DNA of 64,000 nucleotides from an uncultured SAR86 cluster bacterium (GTDB lineage Bacteria; Pseudomonadota; Gammaproteobacteria; Magnimaribacterales; D2472): NCBI GenBank assembly GCA_902547295.1, contig CACCNJ010000001.1, positions 18,459 to 82,458 of the forward strand, read 5' to 3'. Shown piece by piece: positions 56,724 to 64,000 of this stretch (position 1 is its first letter; each line of letters starts with the position of its first letter). The notes under the pieces were generated by a model. It saw only the letters and a program-made list of their open reading frames with translations, ran no database searches and was not told where the DNA came from. The position numbers and the translations under genes were made by a program.

Positions 56724-57920
56724 CTATGAATCTTTAGAATATTTAGAAGAAAAGAAAGGCGCAAGAATCAAGCACGATAGAGAAAACAATTGTGGTGTTG
56801 TAAATATTCCAATGAATAAAGAATAGCTACAAATAAGAAGAAAACACCAAAAGTTAGGTGACAAATCCTCAAAAAATAATATTTTCTTATACATTTTAAC
56901 TATCATTGAAGTAATAAAAATGATCAAAAATAATAAAGCAAAAATACCATACCTAGATAATACCCAAATATAATCATTATCAAATGTAGTGGTTAGTATA
57001 TTTAAAGTTTCTTTTGGTATTCCAAAAACAAAGTAAACTGGAGATGATAAAAATAGTTCAATTATATTGGTCCATATAGTTATTCTTCCACTGAAAGAGC
57101 TTATCCCAAGCAAACCTCTATCGAAAACCATAAATAATTTTTCAAGTTGGTAGAATGTATCAATCAAGAAAGGTAAAAAATATAAAAATATTCCCAATAT
57201 AAGAATTGAAAACACTATTGAGCTAACCCTTTGTTTTATAAGGGCATCATATAAGATAAATGTAATTGAAAATATCATTACTAAAGCCATGCCGGTCTTT
57301 GAACCGCTCATTAGTAGTAAATATCCCGATAATAAAATAAAGATTATTTCTTTAAAAATGCCTTTTCTAATTGAGATTGACCTAACCAAACTGAATATAA
57401 TTGAAATTGTTGCAAAAGCTCCAAGAGATGAGACGTTTAGGAAAAATCCACTATGTCTACCGTATGACTCTTCTAAATCTCGAGTATGAATTAAATCAGA
57501 AATACCAAAAGTATCTCCAATTGTCTCAAAATAATAAATTCCAAAAATATTTACCAATATAAGCATCTTTAAAATAAAAGAGATTTCTGAATTAGATATA
57601 TTTTTTGTAATTGAAAATATTAGTAAAGGGGTTGTTATTCTTATTAGATCAAAAATCTCTTCAGCTGATTTAGTTTCTAAAAAATGAATTAAAGAAGATA
57701 TAAGCAAAAATAAAAAAATTATAGTTGTATTTTTTAAAAAATTATTTTTGATTCCATTTTTTAATAAAACAAAAAAAAGAATAAAAAACTCAAAAAAATA
57801 CCTCAAAAAAAAACTTACAGATGGAAAAAGTATTATTAAAAAAATTAACATAATTCCAAATAGACTAAAGTTTTTTAAATTTAAGCCTTGATCTAGATCG
57901 TTTTTTGTTGAAATATTCAT
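56724..57920 (-). CDS. O-antigen polymerase/ligase-like polytopic membrane protein (Wzy-like)
   Basis: About 10-12 predicted TM segments with one larger loop, very AT-rich, in a position typical of Wzy in Wzx/Wzy loci. Confidence 0.5.
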   Translation of the reverse strand: MNISTKNDLDQGLNLKNFSLFGIMLIFLIILFPSVSFFLRYFFEFFILFFVLLKNGIKNNFLKNTTIIFLFLLISSLIHFLETKSAEEIFDLIRITTPLLIFSITKNISNSEISFILKMLILVNIFGIYYFETIGDTFGISDLIHTRDLEESYGRHSGFFLNVSSLGAFATISIIFSLVRSISIRKGIFKEIIFILLSGYLLLMSGSKTGMALVMIFSITFILYDALIKQRVSSIVFSILILGIFLYFLPFLIDTFYQLEKLFMVFDRGLLGISSFSGRITIWTNIIELFLSSPVYFVFGIPKETLNILTTTFDNDYIWVLSRYGIFALLFLIIFITSMIVKMYKKILFFEDLSPNFWCFLLICSYSLFIGIFTTPQLFSLSCLILAPFFSSKYSKDS

Positions 57921-57922
57921 GC

Positions 57923-58765
57923 TTATCTCAAGAACTCTCTAAGTTTTGCTAGCATAAATATAATTTTATATTTGATTGATAAAAATAACTTATCAAAACT
58001 ATCAATCTTTATATAAGTGTTGTATTTGTTATGAAGCAATACTGAAAAATACTTTTTCATTTCAAACGAATTTTCACTTATATAACTTGGATTTACATGT
58101 CTTATAGCATATGGAAGACTTATTTGATCTCTAATACTATTGTTTAAAATTTCAGACAACCAAAACTTTGAAAAATCCTTTATTTTGGTGGTATGTTTTC
58201 TTAAGAGAATTCTTCCCTGAAAAAGTCCTAGTTTCTCAATGTTTATCTCATTATTTAAATATTTATTAATCTGATTATCTATTATCATCTCACTATCTTT
58301 AAGATTCTTTTTGCATTCTTCAGCCTCTTGAAATATGTTCATCCTCTTATCATGATTAAATAAAAAAATCTCAGCATCTGATTCTTTAAAAGAATTAATC
58401 TTGTTGAATAAATTCTTATTAAACGAAACATTGGCATCGATCCATAGTGATATTTCACCATTTTTAAAAAAGATATCTGGTCTTATTTTAAAAATTTTAG
58501 CTGCGTATCTGGGATTTGGAGAAATATAGTTAAATAAAATTTGATTACACTCATTTATATTTTTGATTTTTTTATCAGTGAAAATAAAAAAATCATATCC
58601 ATTAACATTTGCTAAATCGATGAGATCTTTAATATGACCTACTGGGCTATAAGAGTCTGTATTGGTTGTGTAGATAACGTATTTTGATACTGCAGCTTTG
58701 GATAGATTTTTATCATCAATATCAATCTCTATCTTTCCTTGGTTTGAGTTAAAGTAAGTTAACAA
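57923..58765 (-). CDS. Putative glycosyltransferase (DUF616-like pattern)
   Basis: KYVIYTTNTDSYSPV...YDFFIFTD...RYAAKIFKIRPDIFF...ISLWIDANV resembles the DUF616/TOD1 glycosyltransferase pattern, judged from memory. Confidence 0.4.
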   Translation of the reverse strand: MLTYFNSNQGKIEIDIDDKNLSKAAVSKYVIYTTNTDSYSPVGHIKDLIDLANVNGYDFFIFTDKKIKNINECNQILFNYISPNPRYAAKIFKIRPDIFFKNGEISLWIDANVSFNKNLFNKINSFKESDAEIFLFNHDKRMNIFQEAEECKKNLKDSEMIIDNQINKYLNNEINIEKLGLFQGRILLRKHTTKIKDFSKFWLSEILNNSIRDQISLPYAIRHVNPSYISENSFEMKKYFSVLLHNKYNTYIKIDSFDKLFLSIKYKIIFMLAKLREFLR

Positions 58766-58844
58766 ATCAATTCACTGTCTAAACATTCAAGATGCAAAAA
58801 TAATAATATATCGAGTGATTATATTATATGTAATTTATAAACAT

Positions 58845-59978
58845 TTAATAGTTAAGCTGAAGATCTTCTAAAATTTCTGAGTATGCATCTAAATACATCT
58901 TTGAAGTTTTTTTTATATCGTAAATCTTAGATAAGGAAATTGAGTTTTTAGAAAATTCATAATATTTATCAAAATCTTCAAGTAAATTCCTTATTGAGAG
59001 TACCCATTGCATGACATCATCAGGATTGATTAGCTCTCCAGCTGGTAAATTTAGATCATTGTTAGTGATAAATTTATTTTGCGGTATATCTGTGGCAACT
59101 ATGGGAACGCCAAAAGATATTGCCTCAAGCAATGAGTTTGACATACCCTCAGTTAATGAAGGCAATATAACCAGACTCGAATCAAGTAAAATTTCATTTA
59201 TGTTATTTATACCTCCATGGACAAAAGCATTGGTAATTTTTTTTGTATTGCATAATTGCGTTAATTTCTCTTTTAATGAGCCATCTCCATATATATGAAA
59301 TTCGTATGATTCATCAAAATACTCAGAAAGTTTTATTATCATGTCTGGTCTTTTAATACCTTCAAGTCTTCCAAAAAAACATACATTTCTGGAATTAAAT
59401 CTTTTTTTAACGTCAAATTTTTTTTTAGATATTGCAACTCCATTAGGAATTTCAAATATGTATTGTTCTGAAACCTGATATCTCTTTAATTCAGTAGAAA
59501 TCTGTTTAGTAATAGACACAAAATAAGGTTTTGATTTTAAAAGAATTTTTAGTGCGATTTTCCCAATAAACCGAGTATTTTCAAGAATGTTTAAATCAAA
59601 CTTTTCTCCAGAATTTGCAATTTTTATAAAACATGGTTTTTTAATCAGCTTGCAAACAAATGATATAACTGAAGAAAGGAAATGACCCTGATGGACCTGT
59701 ATTACATCATATTTTTTATGATTAAATAGTAATTTAAAGCCTATAATTATAGCGGTTATTTCTTTACTTCCTTTAAAATTTGTATAGAAAAATCTCTGAA
59801 TTGAGACATTTCTTATTGTTTCTTTTCTTTTAAAACCGTTTTCAAATCTTGTAAACACCGTAACTTTATGACCATTTTTTGATTGATTCTCAGCTATTAA
59901 CTCAGCTTGATTTTCAGCACCACCAATCCTGGGCGGATAACCCATAATCACATGTAAAATTGACAGATTGACTATCAT
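58845..59978 (-). CDS. GT-B glycosyltransferase (family 4 / Glycos_transf_1)
   Basis: PPRIGGAENQ N-domain and the EX7E region PSLTEGMSNSLLEAISFGVPIVATD. Confidence 0.8.
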   Translation of the reverse strand: MIVNLSILHVIMGYPPRIGGAENQAELIAENQSKNGHKVTVFTRFENGFKRKETIRNVSIQRFFYTNFKGSKEITAIIIGFKLLFNHKKYDVIQVHQGHFLSSVISFVCKLIKKPCFIKIANSGEKFDLNILENTRFIGKIALKILLKSKPYFVSITKQISTELKRYQVSEQYIFEIPNGVAISKKKFDVKKRFNSRNVCFFGRLEGIKRPDMIIKLSEYFDESYEFHIYGDGSLKEKLTQLCNTKKITNAFVHGGINNINEILLDSSLVILPSLTEGMSNSLLEAISFGVPIVATDIPQNKFITNNDLNLPAGELINPDDVMQWVLSIRNLLEDFDKYYEFSKNSISLSKIYDIKKTSKMYLDAYSEILEDLQLNY

Positions 59979-59990
59979 AATATGTAAACT

Positions 59991-60779
59991 TTATTTTTTG
60001 AGAATGCCTTGATATTTATTGCCATCTTTAATAATTATTGGTGATAATTCCATTTCTTCACAAAACTTTTTAAATCCCTCGTTATCACTTATATCATCGG
60101 AAATAAATATTCCACCTTCTCTTAAGTGATTCCATAATTTTGGATATGAGAACATTCTACCCTCAATACTTTTATCTGAATCATAATGAATGAAATCTAC
60201 ATATGTTGAAGATTTTATAGCTAGTGGGACTCCATTTCTATCTGCCATTCTTAGAAGCGACCAATTATGTTTAAGCTCCTCGGGGACTGCGCAACCAACC
60301 CATTGAGAATTATCTTTTCCTACATATGGCATATCTATGCTCCATAAATGATATTCATCCTTTTGTGATAAAAAACATAAAATGGCTAAACTTGACCAAC
60401 CATATGCAACACCTGTTTCAATAACATATCTAGCATCTAATGACTCAAGAATCTGATATATAAGACTTAAGTTACCCGGACCACCAAGTTGATAAGGGCA
60501 TATTTCAGTTCTTTTATGTGCATCGCTGATAACGGACGAAAAATTTTCATCAAAGTAATCTTTTTTGTATTCAATTTTTAACTCTTTAAGAGCTTCTTGG
60601 ACATCTACATATTTATTTTTGCACCAATCTTCAGCAACTTTCTTTGAATTCTTAGTCTTTTTTTCAATCTCTGTTTTACTACTAAAAATCGTGTTCTTTA
60701 TTTTTCTTAATGTAATTCTAAATAAATGCGGATACAAAGAAGGATTTTTAAGAAAATGAACATAGTTTGATATCTTCAT
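59991..60779 (-). CDS. Class I SAM-dependent methyltransferase (Methyltransf_24-like)
   Basis: VIETGVAYGWSSLAIL, FIHYDSDKS, GGIFISDD. Confidence 0.55.
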   Translation of the reverse strand: MKISNYVHFLKNPSLYPHLFRITLRKIKNTIFSSKTEIEKKTKNSKKVAEDWCKNKYVDVQEALKELKIEYKKDYFDENFSSVISDAHKRTEICPYQLGGPGNLSLIYQILESLDARYVIETGVAYGWSSLAILCFLSQKDEYHLWSIDMPYVGKDNSQWVGCAVPEELKHNWSLLRMADRNGVPLAIKSSTYVDFIHYDSDKSIEGRMFSYPKLWNHLREGGIFISDDISDNEGFKKFCEEMELSPIIIKDGNKYQGILKK

Positions 60780-60797
60780 AAAAATCTTATCCTTAGA

Positions 60798-62684
60798 CTA
60801 TAACCATTTATTTTGCCACTGAAAATATATAAACATATTCCAAATGAATTTATCACCAATTTTTTGTCCCCTATAGTAGTCATTAAGAATTGAAATTATA
60901 ACTGATTCATTAAATAGTCCAGTCCTTTTTATTGATTGAATATTGATTGTATCGTTAACCAGATCTTTTAAGTCGCCCCTTAGCCATTCTCCAATAGGCA
61001 CACTAAAACCATGCTTTGGCCTTTCAAGAAGATGTTTGGGAATATATTTATGAGATATATCCTTAAGCATACTTTTACTAGAGTGATTTTTAAAATGGAA
61101 TTCAGTTGGAAGTGTTGCAACAAATTCAATAAGGTTATGATCTAATAATGGCTCCCTCCCTTCAAGACCAACAAACATTGTTGACCTATCGACCTTTACC
61201 ATAATTTCATCTCTAAGATATGTCTCAAAATCAAATGACATCATTTGTTTAAATCCTTTATCAATTTCTGAATAATTGCTTTCGTAATTAGATAATTTTC
61301 TTCTCGATAAAGAACTAAAAATATTTTCTTCTTGTCCCTTTTCTAAATATCTTCCCATTATTTTCATTACATCTAAAGGTGTATTTGATTTTGAGTATCC
61401 TAATCTATTAAATAAATTTGCTTTTATATTGAAATCACTAAATGGAAAATTTAATTTATTTATTAAAGTTTGATTAAATATTGAAAAAATATTTCTTAAA
61501 AATGAATTTTGATATCTATTATTGATTTCAGTAGCAATTTTATATTTTTCATAACCTGCAAAAAGCTCGTCACCCCCATCTGCGGACAAACTTACTTTGA
61601 CTTTATCTCTAGCTAACTCGCTAAGTAAAAGCATTGGAATTGAGGAGACATCACTAAATGGCTCATCAAACATATCGGGATAAATACTAATTTTATCTTG
61701 TATTCTTTGTGATGAACAAACAAGTTCATTATGATTGGTTCCTAAATAGTTTGCTATTTCTTTTGCATAAGAAGATTCATCATAATCAAGATTTGAAAAA
61801 CCAATTGTAAATGTATTTAAATCTGTAAAGCCATTTTCAACAAGCAATGCTGTTAATAAAGAACTATCATAACCACCACTAAGAAATGTTCCAACTGGGA
61901 CATCTGAAACCATTCTATAATTTAATGATTCTTTGAGAAGTTGTTCTATTCTTTCAAGTGCCTCTAAATAACTTAATGAAGATTCCTCTTTTTTATAGAA
62001 ATCTAAAATATTCCAATATTCGCTAATGTTGAAAAGTTTTTTTGAAATATTATAAGTTGCATAAGTTCCTGGCTTTAATTTATATAAATTTTCATATATT
62101 GAGTATGGACCAGAAATCCAACCTTTCACAAAAAAATCTGTTAGTCCCTCATGAGATATACATTTATTGAAGCATTCTGAGCTAGCAATTGCTTTAAGTT
62201 CAGAAGAAAAAATAAAAGAATTTTCATCAATGTAGTAATACAGTGGCTTTACACCAACCCTATCTCGAAATAAATAAATCATTTCGTCTTCAGCTGAATA
62301 AATCGCATAAGAGAACATTCCAACAAATTTATTTACTGAGGATGGTCCCCAACAATGAAATGCCTTTAATATAACTTCAGTATCAGAATCAGACTCAAAT
62401 TTATAACCACAAGAAATTAATTCTGATCTTACCTGCCTAAAATTATATACTTCTCCATTATAGATAATTTTTAATCCTCTATAAGACATAGGTTGTTTTC
62501 CATTCTTGGATAAATCAAGAATAGATAACCTTCTGTGTCCAAGGCCAATTGAAAAATTATTTTTAATGTCAAAAAAAGTCCCGCTATCATCTGGGCCTCT
62601 TCTTTCAAGAGTTTTAGTACTGTATTGAAGGCCTTTATCAGATGAAATGCTTTTATAATCAATAAAACCTACAATTCCGCACAT
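60798..62684 (-). CDS. Asparagine synthase (glutamine-hydrolysing)-family amidotransferase (WbpS/AsnB-like)
   Basis: MCGIVGFI N-terminal nucleophile, the HRRLSILD block and the PP-loop-like FLSGGYDSS. Confidence 0.88.
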   Translation of the reverse strand: MCGIVGFIDYKSISSDKGLQYSTKTLERRGPDDSGTFFDIKNNFSIGLGHRRLSILDLSKNGKQPMSYRGLKIIYNGEVYNFRQVRSELISCGYKFESDSDTEVILKAFHCWGPSSVNKFVGMFSYAIYSAEDEMIYLFRDRVGVKPLYYYIDENSFIFSSELKAIASSECFNKCISHEGLTDFFVKGWISGPYSIYENLYKLKPGTYATYNISKKLFNISEYWNILDFYKKEESSLSYLEALERIEQLLKESLNYRMVSDVPVGTFLSGGYDSSLLTALLVENGFTDLNTFTIGFSNLDYDESSYAKEIANYLGTNHNELVCSSQRIQDKISIYPDMFDEPFSDVSSIPMLLLSELARDKVKVSLSADGGDELFAGYEKYKIATEINNRYQNSFLRNIFSIFNQTLINKLNFPFSDFNIKANLFNRLGYSKSNTPLDVMKIMGRYLEKGQEENIFSSLSRRKLSNYESNYSEIDKGFKQMMSFDFETYLRDEIMVKVDRSTMFVGLEGREPLLDHNLIEFVATLPTEFHFKNHSSKSMLKDISHKYIPKHLLERPKHGFSVPIGEWLRGDLKDLVNDTINIQSIKRTGLFNESVIISILNDYYRGQKIGDKFIWNMFIYFQWQNKWL

Positions 62685-62686
62685 TT

Positions 62687-63994
62687 TTAACTCTCTTTAA
62701 ACTTAAAATCTCTTTGCAAAAAACCTTTTACTTTTTCTATCATGTTTAATTTCCAAATTAATACTAGTAAAAATATTAGAATTGATAAATCTATGACAAA
62801 TAATTTTGTAAGCTCAATAATGCCCTGCCTTATAGAAACAAAATCAACTATTCCAGATGGATCAATTAAATTCAATAAAAGAACAGATAAGAGAATTATA
62901 GATATAGAAGATATCAAATTTATATCACTAAATGACACTCCTGTTTTCTTCACATAAATTGCCATAATTAGACTTAATGTAAGGCTAGCAAGAAGATTTG
63001 CTATTGATATTGCAAAAAGAGATCCATCAAAATATACAGCTAAAAAATAAAAACTTATTGCGAGCAAAAGCCCAATTGTTTGAGCCTTTATAATATGTTT
63101 TTTTGCTCCTAAACCAATTAGATACTGAGAATAGAAATGAAATCCTGTAAGGAAAAAGGATGAAAAAATTAAAATATCTAACAGATGAATAGATTCCAGA
63201 TATTCAGTTAAATACGATGATATTAAGAAAATACCAAAGTGATAAATCATTAAGACTATTGGTATAAGAATTATTAAAATTGTTAAACATAAAAAACCAG
63301 TTACGTTTGCCATTTCTTTTTTTGAAACATTTGCTCCAACCGCCTCTCTTATATATTGAGACATAAATGATGCTATTTTTTGAGGTATGATCGATATTAT
63401 TGACGATATTCCTAATATAAAAGTATAAAAACCAAGTCTTTCAATGCCCTCAGAAGACAAAATAAACCATCTATCCAATGAAATGAATATCGTCATCATC
63501 ATGCCAGCAATAAAAAGAGGAAATCCTGTTTTAATTAAGTTTTTAGTTTCTAAAAAGCTCCATTTAATTGATATGGTTTCATTTTTTATAAGTAATAAAT
63601 AAAGCAAAGATGGGAGATAACATATTACTAAAGCGATAAATGCTCCATAAAGATCAAAAAAATATGCACCTAAAATAACAAATATAGATCGAAATATAAT
63701 AAGCATAGTTTGAGAATAAAATACGGTAGTTATTCTGTAATTTAATCGAGCTTTTGCTTCAAGTAAATTATAAATCTCATATAAAAAAAGGCCGCATAGA
63801 GTTGCAATCATTCCAAAAAATAGCATCTCATTTTCGATATAAAATATTGTAAATATGATAAATATTGGTGAAAAAAATAAAAGAATTGATAATATTCCTC
63901 CTAGACTAAAACTTAAACATAAATCAACCTCTTTCTTTAGTCCTTTTCCAATCATTAGTGGAATTTTTAAACCAGTAGCTTGCTTAATACCCAT
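62687..63994 (-). CDS. Oligosaccharide flippase (Wzx/MOP-family) membrane protein; N-terminus may extend beyond the window
   Basis: About 12 TM segments, adjacent to the AsnB-like and GT genes. The first in-window Met is 6 nt from the window edge, so the true start is uncertain. Confidence 0.55.
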   Translation of the reverse strand: MGIKQATGLKIPLMIGKGLKKEVDLCLSFSLGGILSILLFFSPIFIIFTIFYIENEMLFFGMIATLCGLFLYEIYNLLEAKARLNYRITTVFYSQTMLIIFRSIFVILGAYFFDLYGAFIALVICYLPSLLYLLLIKNETISIKWSFLETKNLIKTGFPLFIAGMMMTIFISLDRWFILSSEGIERLGFYTFILGISSIISIIPQKIASFMSQYIREAVGANVSKKEMANVTGFLCLTILIILIPIVLMIYHFGIFLISSYLTEYLESIHLLDILIFSSFFLTGFHFYSQYLIGLGAKKHIIKAQTIGLLLAISFYFLAVYFDGSLFAISIANLLASLTLSLIMAIYVKKTGVSFSDINLISSISIILLSVLLLNLIDPSGIVDFVSIRQGIIELTKLFVIDLSILIFLLVLIWKLNMIEKVKGFLQRDFKFKES

Positions 63995-64000
63995 ATGAAG

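Overview
The window is AT-rich and very gene-dense, with about 60 credible CDS, one tRNA, and no rRNA or CRISPR. Most intergenic gaps are under 100 bp. Close GuaA and NagZ similarity to enterobacterial proteins, plus the gene order infC-rpmI-rplT-pheS-pheT-ihfA, suggest a streamlined marine gammaproteobacterium, possibly SAR86-like. That lineage call is inference only.

Layout:
- 1-10 kb: core metabolism. This includes a DmdA-like GcvT protein, an acyl-CoA synthetase, nagZ, apt and an enoyl-CoA hydratase.
- 10-14.5 kb: an accessory patch ending at the 3' end of guaA.
- 14.5-35 kb: guaA-guaB with purine salvage genes, a TonB-dependent receptor, fumC, fhs, a photolyase, a WecA-type transferase and an esterase.
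- 35-40 kb: a Pro/Thr-repeat YjbE/GfcA-like gene, tRNA-Pro, a YjbH/GfcD-like outer-membrane protein and a Wza-like exporter.
- 40-44.6 kb: the translation operon and pdxH.
- 44.6-64 kb: a Wzx/Wzy-type polysaccharide biosynthesis island, entirely on the minus strand.

The most unusual signal lies directly downstream of guaA. The last five codons of guaA plus a stop (TIEWE-stop) are repeated three more times. Each pair of neighbouring copies brackets exactly one co-oriented gene: a GIY-YIG nuclease-domain protein, a tiny membrane protein, and a flavodoxin-like quinone reductase. Two of the copies sit inside a conserved repeat of about 106 bp. This looks like a cassette array or serial-integration hotspot at the guaA 3' end, yet no recombinase is present in the window.
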